This document shows positions 22,832-33,672 of a stretch of 44,118 nt of DNA, piece after piece (position 1 is the stretch's first letter; each line of letters begins with the position of its first letter). The translations under genes and the position numbers were made by a program. Under the pieces are notes generated by a model. It did not search any database. It was not told where the DNA came from and worked only from the letters and a program-made list of their open reading frames with translations. Origin of the DNA: Pseudogymnoascus verrucosus (Eukaryota); the NCBI GenBank assembly GCA_001662655.1, contig KV460246.1; one strand, 5' to 3'.

Positions 22832-24281
22832 ATGGCAACTCGCACCCTGGAGGCTAGCTTCAAGGGTATGTCTGTCAAAGATCAGCATGACTCTAGTGAT
22901 GAAAAGACGGTGTATCCTCAAGACTAAAGTTTGTACCAAAGCTCACTCTATAATATAAACAAACATATTCTAATATAGTTAGGTTGCAGCCTCCTTAAAC
23001 TCCCAATTATCGAGGAACTCAGCTAGCGATCAGAACGGGTCTAGTTATGGAAAGAAATCATATTCCAAGTCCATAGTTTGTTTACCAACTTTCTCTATGG
23101 AGACATACTCTATTATGATTAGACCGTGACTTCTGCGGCCATGCGATTGTCGAAAGCATCACTTACTAATCACTCGAACCTTCGCAAGGTTGCCTTAGAG
23201 AATCAAAGCACTATGTCAAAGACTACGGCAGTCCCTTCGCAAGTCGTGCAACTGTCAAGCTCGAGCGAGTCGGTTGTGTCCGAACCACCACCGCAAGAAG
23301 CCGCTGCCGAATCATCAGAAGGGTCACAAAAATCACGGCCCTCCACAATGCAAAAACAGCCTAATGCCCCGAAACAATTCCATCTCGGCATGTTCGAAAT
23401 TGGCCGCCCTTTAGGAAAAGGGAAATTCGGACACGTGTATTTAGTGAGGGAACGGAGCAGTGGATTCATCTGTGCTCTCAAGGTTATGCATAAAGATGAA
23501 ATCAAATCAAACGGTGTTGAGAAGCAGGTCCAAAGAGAAGTTGAAATCCAGTGTAATCTTCGGCATCCAAATATCCTTCAGCTTTACGGCCATATCCACG
23601 ACAGCAAGCGAATATTCTTGATTTTAGAACTTGCTAAAAAGGGAGAGTTGTATAAGCATCTTCGTCGCGAGCGCCGGTTCCCAGAATGGCAGGCTGCGGC
23701 GTACATTGCCCAGATGGCCTCGGCGCTAAAGTTCTTACACAGGAAGCATGTAATACATCGAGACATCAAGCCGGAAAACATCCTGGTCGGTGTCCATGGT
23801 GAGCTTAAGATTGCTGATTTTGGATGGAGTGTGCATGCGCCTTCTAACCGACGTAAAACAATGTGTGGAACTATGGACTACCTTGCGCCAGAGATAGTCA
23901 ACCATTACACCTACAATACAGCCGTCGACTTATGGAGTTTGGGGGTCTTAATGTATGAACTTTTGGTAGGGGAAGCGCCATTTGAGGATACGCCAGTCCT
24001 CACATACAAAAGAATAGTTCGTTGTGAAATGACAGTGCCGAGTTTTGTGTCTCCGGAAGCTAAAGATCTAATTAATAATGTAGGTCAATATTCTATGCGA
24101 TCAGCGTTCAACGTTAATATTATAGCTTCTGGTTGTCAACCCAGAGAAGCGTATGCCACTTGAGGACGTTCAAAAGCACCCGTGGATCATCAAGCACTGC
24201 AAGAAGGGAGAATTCGATAATGTAAAGGAGTTGAGATTAAGCAAACAACAACGCAAGTCGGTGCTTGATAGCGCGAAATGA
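22832..24281 (+). CDS. IPL1: Aurora kinase (Ipl1/Ark1 family). Exons about 22832-22928(?), 22983-23075, 23123-24079, 24126-24281; exon 1 has a frame problem
   Basis: [65 protein letters not shown] and HPWI..H motifs. The N-terminus [14 protein letters not shown] resembles filamentous-fungal Aurora kinases. Confidence 0.9.
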
Positions 24282-25325
24282 ATACGCTACTTCACAGGGT
24301 GCTGAACGGACCGCAGGATATGAAGCCTTTCACAAGTAGCACCATGAGGAAGGCGGATGGCACCCATGCATCATATAGAAGTGCTGGCAGTTTGTAAAAT
24401 ATCATCCTTCGCCTTATACAGCATGGTGAACAATAAGAGCTGAGTATGCATGACTTAGGCCATACAAATATAAATCGCACTAAAATAGATAGCAATTAAT
24501 CCAACGCCGTTTAATATTCACGGGGACGTTAACTTGATACTCACGGTCAGCTCTAAAATCCATGCTATAAAAGCCATATCTAGCCGGTCTAGGAATATAG
24601 ATTTTTATTAATTTATACTTCAATTTTTCAATTATCAAACAGTTTGTAGTATTCTCAGATTTCAAGCGTTATTAAGTGGCCAACCTATTTATATTGAAAG
24701 AACGACTAAATGAGACAATAACGTGCTAAATGAGTGTACCCCAACTACTTAACTCGACAAAAGAAAAAGAAGAAAAACAGAACCGACCCCAAGATTCTGT
24801 CTATGATTGCTTCCTTATATAGCCGTCACATGGCCTCTATGCCTGTTGTGGTCGTCATCATCATCATAGCCACAGACGCAAGCAAGCTGCATCTTCTTAG
24901 CGAAGAAGATTCCCAAAGGACTCTATGAAATCACTATATTAAGGATCGACAATTGGGCTCAACTTCTTGTCTGCATCCTTTAGGAAATTGAACTCATATG
25001 GATGGAAAGTGCCAGCAGTAGCATGGGATGGTAGGCCGTCGTAGTCAGAGGAGGAGTAGGTCGGTGAGCGCCATCACGGGAAACCCCCTTTTTCGATCGA
25101 TCGATCAATCTGTCCTGTTGTGTTAAACTGAAAAATATGATCCGTGCTCTGTAAGCATAGACGGCAAATAGCCTACGGTAAAGTATCGGAAAGGGCGCTC
25201 TATGATCTCACCACGGCCACAAATGTAACCGCATCATACCCCAAAGAGGAAACGAGGCAATGCACGCACGGCCTCGGATGTACTTTAGTGGGATGCTTAA
25301 CAATCACGATCACTCAACATGGGAT

Positions 25326-25335
25326 GTCACGTGAC
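25326..25335. promoter_or_regulatory. Palindromic E-box GTCACGTGAC (Cbf1-type) upstream of metR
   Basis: Perfect 10-bp palindrome. A second CACGTG lies at 25900-25905. Cbf1 co-regulates sulfur genes in budding yeast. Confidence 0.45.
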
Positions 25336-25595
25336 GGGTTAACCCCACGAAAAAAAGAAAAGAAAGGGCAAGACAGTAAGACAGTCGAATCAAGGGAGGG
25401 AGAGAAGTAGCTAAGCCGGGTAATTACGCCGTGATAATTAATTTGGGGTGGGATTTGTGCGTATATTCCGTTTACTGATATTTCCGTTTACTTGTATCTG
25501 TATCGTGTATGTAGAGTCAGTGAGGGGTATACTGTTTTTCGTCTGAAGTAGAGTAGAAATGCGCAATAGGGTGAGGATGGCATAGTTTTATTATT

Positions 25596-25639
25596 CTCCT
25601 ATTATACTCCTCCTATTATACTCCTATTATACTCCTATT
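25596..25639 (+). repeat. Tandem minisatellite (CTCCTATTATA), 3 full copies plus a partial copy
   Basis: Copies at 25596, 25610 and 25621, partial at 25632. Confidence 0.85.
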
Positions 25640-26458
25640 CCTATAGCCGAGTTAAATACTGACGGATATTCTCTTTCCCCTACCCTTTTCCTAGGTGGCA
25701 ACGCGATTAATAGTCCCTGATTTGATAAATAACGTTCCTTGGCACCTGAGCCTCGATAAAAAGAGGGCTTTTCTATTTCCCCATTAGGATTAGCGCGCAC
25801 TCCACCGGCGCAGGTTAAGGCAGGTTATCGGCAGCCGACGCCCATCATTTTGTATTTTCGTACTGTAATACTGGTAATAAATCGTAAAATAATCACTCAC
25901 ACGTGGAAATTCCCCCCCCACGTCCCCCAAACTGCCCACCACCCACCCACTGCCAGCCACTGCCAATCCTGCCCACCACCCACCACCCACCACACATTCC
26001 CGGTCAATAATCAATCCGTACATGATCGTTCCCTCGATCCCTCGATCCCTCGAAACAAAGGAAAACCCCCAACAACAACTTCTGCCGCCACCATCACCAA
26101 CCACACTTCTATAACAAACTCGACTCTCAGAAATAGTCGACACTTACAACAACTACAATTTAATCGCCGTCAAATATCGACCCGGCGTAACCCATTGGCA
26201 AGAAGGGTGGACCGGCTTACCACATCGAGTCATAGTGCCCGCATTTCCCCCGGCCGGCTACGGAGACAAAGAGCCTTCATCGATACTAAGACCACACATC
26301 TCCAGCGTCACCTCGACTTTCCTCACCCCACAACAAAATAACCGCGAAGGCAACAGACTTCGATCCCGCGCAAGACACAGAAACAACGCAAACACCTCGA
26401 TCCCCTCTGCGGACAAACACTCGACAAACGGAGATCACCTCCGATCAACCCCTCCATC

Positions 26459-28810
26459 ATGGCGAGCAACCCATATCACGACGGCCAGCGGGGTCCAAAC
26501 GTGGCCGAGTTCATCGCGAACCTGAATGCCATCCCGTCGGCACAGGACCTGGCTGCGCAGCAGCAGCAGGACTTCAACTTCGATGACGACCTGGCCATGT
26601 TCACCAACGCCACCTTCTTCGACTTCGATATCGGACAGGACGCCGACCTCCAGCCCGCCGCGCTCGGGTTCGACGGCCAGCAGCGCGGCGGCGACGCGCA
26701 GCTGCAGAGCTCACAAGACATGGCAAAGGCGAACATGGACTTTCTACAGGGTGAGTGACGCTTATTTTACATTTTTACACGGTCTATCTGTTTTGCGCAT
26801 TGTCCTGTCGTCGCCTCTACCTCGCCGTCGCCTCGCCATATTCCACCACCACACACGACCTTTCAAAGTCTTCTGTGGTTGGGTGCTAGGTGGCGAGGCT
26901 ACAGCTACCGGAGAGTGCGAGCGCTACCCCCACGGGCCCTCTGGTGCAGCGTGCAGGCCTGTTGTGCAGCTGAGCAGGGGCGAGACCCTTACTCCTGGGC
27001 CGGCTCAGCTCCTGAGCACGGGTATTTGCCCTCTGTTGGCCCTTCCCTGAGCACCCCAGTACGGGTTTTCGCGGGTTTCCAGTGCTGGTTTTTTCCCAGC
27101 TAGCCATTTGCAATCTGGTCGATCTTTCCGCGCTGTACCCTGTCCCAGACTCTGCCCTGGCGCGGCCTTGCTTTGTTCAAGCGACGAGCGAGGATTGGGC
27201 TGTGTCGACTGAGTGGGGGGTCAGTACGGGGGGGTGGCTGGCTGGTGGGCGGGCTCTTTGTTGGTTACGAGTGCTTTTGGTATGGGGCAGATGAGTTTGT
27301 TTGCATGGGCGATGGTGTGATGGGCGGCACTATGCGACACGCTATGGCTGTTCAACCCACCAGCGCGAATCAGCAGCGCCAGTAGCGCACGTAGTGCGTA
27401 TAGTGCGAATAGCATCACCTCGCAGCGGAGTGCAAAGGGAATAGCCTGCAGATAGTTTCTGCAGGTTTCCACCTTGCGGTTTCGATAGTCAGACAGTGGA
27501 CAGCACTGCTGTACTGTACTGTGCTGTGCTGTAATTTGCTCTACTGTACTGTACTGTATTGTACTGCATTGCACTGTACTTCACTGTCTCTGTACTCTGT
27601 ACACCAGAAACCCACGACTTCCAGCCAGCGCAATCAATGTTAATCAATGACAATCAATCATCCTCGGTGCAACTCCAATGCACCTAATCTATCCGGCGTC
27701 GGGGCACTTGTCTCTTTTTATCTTTTATCAGTGAAAAGATACGAGAGACAGGCCTCGGAAAGAGACCTGGGTGGATTGCGAAGACTGGGAAGACTGGGAA
27801 TATCGGGAAGGTGTGCGAGGAAGTGACGCGCCGAAGCCGATCCTGCCACAAACAAGTCCAAAACATCCCAAAACACCCCACGACCCCCAATCTTCCTATT
27901 GCTCAATTAAGTCACCCCCCTCATTTCCGACGTGGGAGTCCCGGCAACCGTGCGATTGCGTGCTGTCGCTGCTCCTGCGGGATGCCACAGGCCCAATTAG
28001 CGTCGGTCAGCCTTAGCACGTCTTTTCACGTGATACACCATCAAATATCCCCCTCCCGAAATACCACACATCTCTTATTATGAGAAGGCGTTCTCCAGTT
28101 CTGGAGTTCCCCCTCCCCCTTCCGCCCCCCCGAAAAAGCCGTTTCCAAAAAAACCCCACGTTTGCTCCAGCCAAAGGGCTTCTCCCGTGTTGCGCCACCA
28201 TCGTGAACCTCAACCGATCGTTTTTGCTGACGATGTGATGGCTCGAGTAGGCGACTTCGCGTTCCCGGACTTCAGCTCCTTCTCGCAACAGCACCAGCAC
28301 CCCAACGACGGCTACGCCGTGAACGGGGCCCAGCACGGCAACGGCCCGCAGCAGCACCAGCAGCTGTACCCAGCATCGGGCGACTCCAGCTCGTCACCGC
28401 CCTCGGGCCTCACCAGCCCGCAAAACGGGGAGAAGCGCAAGGCCTCCGACGCCCTCCTCGACGGCAATGGCGCCTACAGCGCGGGCTTTGAGGACTCGTC
28501 CCGCGTCGCGGCCGAGGAGGACAAGCGCAGGCGCAACACGGCTGCCAGCGCGCGCTTCCGCGTCAAGAAGAAGCAGCGTGAGCAGGCGCTCGAGAAGTCG
28601 GCGAGGGAGATGAGCGATAAGGTCGCCGCGCTTGAGGGGCGCATTGGTCAGCTCGAGACGGAGAATAAGTGGCTCAAGAACTTGGTCATGGAGAAGAACG
28701 ATGATAAGGAGGATCTCGCGGCGTTGTGGAGGAAGTATAGCCAGGAGACCGCCGACAGGAAAGGTGACACGCGCAGGAAGGGTGTCGGAACATCGGAGTC
28801 GTCGGCTTAG
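26459..28810 (+). CDS. metR: bZIP sulfur-regulatory transcription factor MetR/CYS-3, 2 exons (26459-26750, 28251-28810) with a 1,500-nt intron, about 283 aa
   Basis: Exon 1 has PNVAEFIANLNAIPS...DDDLAMFTNATFFDFD. Exon 2 has G|DFAFPDFS...SRVAAEEDKRRRNTAASARFRVKKKQREQALE...LETENKWLKNLV.EK. Donor GTGAGT at 26751, branch GCTGAC at 28226, acceptor TAG at 28250, and phase 1 matches on both sides. Confidence 0.92.
27505..27602 (+). repeat. Degenerate pentanucleotide microsatellite (ACTGT/CTGTA-like) inside the metR intron
   Basis: ACTGCTGTACTGTACTGTGCTGTGCTGTA...CTACTGTACTGTACTGTATTGTACTGCATTGCACTGTACT. Confidence 0.85.
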
Positions 28811-29405
28811 GCTTGTTCGCGCCTGTGAAGCTACTCGACTGTCGATTACATAGGGGTTGTCTTCTTTTTGGGGGGCACCCCACACACGATCGAATCAAAG
28901 CAACAAACCACATTTTCTCCGAGCCGATATTTTCGAGAACGACGATGGGATTCTATCACTCGCCGTCCTTGCATACTTCGGGTTTATCTCAAATCTTGTC
29001 TATATAGTGCTTTTGTTGTTGCTGCCATGTTATGATCGTGGATTTTTTTCCTTGGGATCTATTCGTCGAGTTTGGGATTTTAGAACTTGTTTCTGGGGTG
29101 CCGGCTTGGTGGTGGATGGGGGTAGGGGTCAGGTGTTGTCATTTTTTTGGCGGGCCTGGCTTGGCTGGGGGAGGGAGGGCGGTGCATGCATGAGTGGATG
29201 AATATATGATTTTTCAAGTTATGTTCGTTGTGTTCTGTCTGTCTATATACCGTGATGTGAGATGCCTGTAACGCCTGTACTCTATATACACTCTATCGCT
29301 TGCGTCTATCCTCGCATATCCAGCCCACGGTCACCTTCATCTAAATCTATCCCTCTATCCTTCTATACCAACACCCATAACCACCCCGCCACAATCTCCA
29401 ACCCC

Positions 29406-30577
29406 CTAAACCACCTCCTCCTTGAACCCAAACATCCTCCTCGAATTCCCCCACGCCGCCTCCGCCACCTCCTCAACCCTCACCCCCTTAATCCTCGCCA
29501 CAGCCACCACAACCCGTCCAATCAAACACGGTTCATTCCTCCCCTTCACCAACGCCCCTTCGACCCACTTCTCCTTCTTAACCCACCTATACCCCGCCTC
29601 CCTCTCCAACACCTCCTTCGCTACCTCATCCTCCTTCCCCGGCCCGTCGTAACTAGGTCCTACGAACGCGGCGGATGCGTGAGTAGGTCGCATCTCGCAC
29701 CACGGGCCGTCGGTCTCGACGTGCAGCCGCTCAAGGGGGAGGGCGCGCACGACGTCTATGCCTTCGGCGGCGCGGATGCTGCAGCCGTTTATACCGACAT
29801 CCCAGCCTGCTGCGACGAGTTCTTGCATTTCTGCCACGGTGCCGGTGAAGCTGTGCACCACCCCCCTCTTGGGAAGTTTATCAGCACGCAACGTCAACTC
29901 GTGTAAGAAATCCTCGTGCGCGGCGCGGGAGTGCAGGAATAGTGGGGGGGGAGAAGGTAGAGAGGCTGCGAGGTCGAGTTGGGTGCGGAAATGGGTGAGT
30001 TGTGTCTCCTTGGGGGAGAGGGTGAGGCGGTCGTAGTCGAGGCCGATTTCCCCGATGGCGACGAAGGCTTCTTTGGGGGCTGAGAGGAACAACTCGCGCA
30101 GTTCGTCGAGGAGACCCTGCGGACCAAGGGGGTGCGTGTCGAAGGCCTGCGTGGAGCAGGGGTGCACACCGATTGTGCAGGAGAGGAGGGTGGGATGCTC
30201 TGCACATAAGTCCAGCGCGGCGTGCGAGGTGGGGAGGTCAGAGCCGGTGAGGAGGAGGTGTGTGAGGCCGGCGTCGCGGGCGCGTGAGAGGACGGCGGGG
30301 AGGTCAGGGGCGTGCCGCGGGGTGCCGTGGTGGATGCCGTTGTAGACGGGGTCGGTGAGGTTTATTCCGATCTTGGGAAGTGTTAGAATTGGGTTTTGTG
30401 GGGAGGGGGGGAGGGGCATACGTCGATGAAGCGGGGTTTGTAGGGGGTGGAGGGCGGGGGTGGGGGGGTGGAGGAGGTCATTGTTGTGAGTGTCCGGAAG
30501 GCGGAGGGGATTGAAGGTTTTTGGTGATAGAGAGGGCGCGTGGGGAAGCGCGAGAGGGTGCGCAGGGTGATGCGCAT
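29406..30577 (-). CDS. tatD: TatD family deoxyribonuclease, 2 exons (30577-30422, 30371-29406), about 373 aa; second in-frame ATG at 30481
   Basis: RFID|IGINLTDP, TIGVHPC, AIGEIGLDYDRL, LFLHSRAAH, GVVHSFTG, ETDGPWCE and KGRNEP motifs. Intron 30421-30372 is GTATGC...CTAAC...AAG. Confidence 0.95.
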
Positions 30578-30955
30578 AAGGATAAGTGAGTGATCTTGAA
30601 ATTATTCCCCGGGTATAAACACAACGTTCTCGAACATATAAAAAGCCCGGCCCACCTAAAGGCGTGCCTGGGCGCGGAAGCGGATCATTACCTCCTCCGA
30701 ATCCTTATCCGCAGGGTCCTATGGATCGGTGAATCGCGGGCCCAGGAAAAAAAGTGTTGAGGGGTGGCGCGGCCGGTGTCGGGAAGTGCCGAGGCGCCGC
30801 GACGGCGAGGACGGATTAAATTTCTTGTATCGGCCGCGCATGTGGACGAGTCGTGTCGCTATTGACGAGAGAACAAAAACCAACCGGGCGGCACTTTTGT
30901 GTGATTTTTTTTCCTCTATGGAAGGGCGATTTGTGGCCGGTTAACGATTGATAGG

Positions 30956-32738
30956 ATGAAAGGGCTTAATTTTGCGCAGGGCTTTGCCAGGGCGCCCTGG
31001 ACGTGTCGCGCTTGCACGAGGCAGATAAGACAGCCGCTGCTGAGGGCGACGGGGAGGAAGGGTTATGCGACGGCTGCGCCGACGGCGAGGAGGGGGTTGA
31101 GTACGGGGACTATTCTGGTTACGGCGACGGTGGGGTCGGCGATTATTACGGCGGCGGTGTATCCGAATGATGTGAAGCATGCGTACCAGGCGTGTCAGAG
31201 GTCGGGGAGGGTGGTGGTTGCGCTGGCGAAGTGTATTAATGAGTAGGTACTCCAATGGAAGATGGGATGGGGGGATGAGAAGATGCTAACCTGGGCATAG
31301 TTATCGCGTTACCCTCAACCACAACGAGAAGACACCTGAGGACGAGGATGAGAATACAAAGAGGCTGAAGGCTTGCCACCAGCGATGCGCCAGTCGCACA
31401 CTCAGGGTGCTGGAGCAGAATGGAAGCATATTTATCAAGTTGGGACAGCATTTGTCGTCCATGAACTACCTCTTACCCGAGGAATACTGCAAGACGATGC
31501 TGGTTCTCCAAGACAGGTGTCCCGTCTCATCTTACGAATCGATAGAGGAGATGTACCTCCACGATACAGGCGGAAAACTTCTCGACTACTTCTCCGAATT
31601 CTCGCCTGAGCCCATCGGCGCTGCGTCTCTCGCGCAGGTGCATCTGGCTACCATAAGAGAGACGGGACAAAAGGTCGCAGTCAAGATGCAACACCCGCAC
31701 CTGGCTCAATGGGCAAATCTCGACATGAAGCTCACCGCCTACACCTTCTCCGCGCTGAAGTACTTCTTCCCCGAATACGACCTCGAGTGGCTCTCAAGCG
31801 AAATGGAGGTCTCCCTCCCCCAAGAACTCGACTTCAAGCTCGAAGGCCAAAACGCCCTCCGCACAAAAGAATACTTCTCCCACATCCCCTCTCTACCTCT
31901 CCTCATCCCCGACGTCCTCTGGGCCAAAGACCGCATCCTAGTAATGGAGAACATGTCCGGTGCCCGCCCCGACGACCTCGCCTACCTCGACGCCCACGGC
32001 ATCGACCGTGATGAGGTCTCAGCCGCGCTGGCGCGCATCTTCAATGAAATGATCTTCGGCACTAACGCGCCCCTACACTGCGACCCGCATGGCGGCAATC
32101 TTGCTGTGCGCCCGAGCACACGCCGCGGCGGACCGAACTTTGAAATCATCCTCTACGACCACGGTCTGTACCGCGACATCCCACAGAATCTACGCCGCGC
32201 GTATGCCAAGCTGTGGCTCGCGATCCTAGACGCCGACGAGGCGGAGATGCGGCGCTGGTCGCACGAGGTGGCTGGCGTGACCGATGACGATTTTCAGCTC
32301 TTCGCGTCTGCGATCACCGGCCGTGACTACCGCGCCGTCGGCACAGGGGTAGCGTCCGCGGTGCGCACGGCCGAGGAGAAGCGCGAGATCGGGGATCAGT
32401 TGGCGGAAGGGATGCTAGCGCAGCTGGTGCAGATGTTGGGGAAGGTTCCGCCGATTATCCTCTTAATTCTAAAGACGAATGATTTGACGAGGAGCTTGGA
32501 TGAGGGGTTGCAGACCAGACAGGGGCCGGTGAGGACGTTTCTTATACTGGCGAGGTATTGTGCGAGGACGGTGTGGGAGGAGCAGGTGGAGCAGATTAGG
32601 GAGGCGGGGAGCTTGTTGAGGCCGAGGAATTTGGTGAGGCTTTTGGGGGCTTGGTGGGGGTATTTGAGGGTGGAGATGAAGTTGGAGGTGTTTGAGAGGT
32701 GGTTGGGTGTGAAGAGGGTGCTGGGCCTCTCGCTGTGA
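30956..32738 (+). CDS. ABC1/UbiB atypical kinase (ADCK1/Mcp2-like), likely mitochondrial, 2 exons (intron 31243-31300), about 574 aa
   Basis: Arg-rich presequence. NGSIFIKLGQH, LQDRCP, PIGAASLAQVH, VAVKMQHP, ELDF..EG.N, HCDPHGGN and YDHGLY motifs. Confidence 0.93.
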
Positions 32739-32999
32739 AAGATGGTATATAAAACTTGAGAAGCTGGGAAGATGATGGGCTAAGGATAGGGGTGTTCGGA
32801 TAACTTGTAATATTAGCGTGCATTATAGAGCAAACATAGAAGCAACCTAGTTGCAGGGCAGCCATCATATAGAATTGGGTAAATATTATATAAACTAGCG
32901 TACGCCCAAAATGCTCATATCCATTATGCCAATGTAGTGCTCCACCATAACTCCATAACTCCATCTCATAAGTCCCTCCCAATTGCTTATAGAAAGTCT

Positions 33000-33444
33000 T
33001 CATGATTTTTGTAGACTCCCCCATTCCTTCAGCTTTGCCACACAGCGTGTATGATATGACTCAATCGCCTTCTTATAATCCCCCTCCAAGTCTCCCTCTA
33101 GCGCCTTCTCAGCTAGCTCACTGGCCGCGCGAAAATCGTCGTAAAAGTATAACTGCTCGATAGCATGGATGATGCTCTGGAACTGCTGCTTCGAGGGGTT
33201 GTTTATAGGGAGGTCGAGAGTTTTGTAGATCTGTAGTCCGTTAGCTTTTGAAACGTAGAAAACATAAAGTATATCTTACCTCTCCATTGTCGATCGTAGG
33301 CTTCCATGACGCCTTTTGCGCCTCGTAGTCCTCCTGCGACTGAAAATCGCGGGGTACCTTCACCTCCGGTGCAGCGCCGGACTCAGAGTCTGAGGACCCA
33401 AGGTCCATAGCTAGAAAGCCGCCATCATCTCCGTCTTCCGCCAT
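33000..33444 (-). CDS. Small hypothetical protein, probably conserved in fungi, 2 exons (33444-33280, 33230-33000), 131 aa
   Basis: Intron 33279-33231 (GTAAGA...CTAAC...CAG) joins ...QSQEDYEAQKASWKPTIDNGE to IYKTLDLP...IIHAIEQLYFYDDF...YHTRCVAKL. Exon 2 is missing from the ORF track. Confidence 0.8.
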
Positions 33445-33672
33445 ATCTTGAACTTGGACACGTCCTGTCGTATAACTGCGAGGGTGGACGTCGAGCAGTG
33501 TGGTTCAGAGTCGCATCATCTGGAAAATAAGGTAAGAAAGCTTATCGTGCAGCGGGCACTAAGTGAACCCGCGTTACACGCCTATCTTACCCCGCCAAGG
33601 TCCCCCGCACCTACTCCGACTCAGCTGCGGCTCCGTTCTTGTTTCAACGTTGCGACGTAAATATAAGACGAT

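Noticed and set aside
27505..27602. Repeat arrays as CRISPR-like
   Set aside because: These are simple tandem repeats without unique spacers, in a eukaryotic context.
25790..28083. ORF-track ORFs in the metR leader and intron (e.g. 25850-26341, 26526-27050, 27221-27574)
   Set aside because: Low-complexity or repeat-derived translations, many with non-ATG starts, and no protein motifs.
30674..30691. GCGGAAGCGGATCATTAC resembles the 18S rRNA 3' end (GCGGAAGGATCATTA)
   Set aside because: Short, imperfect match with no flanking rRNA or ITS similarity. It sits in a promoter and is likely chance.
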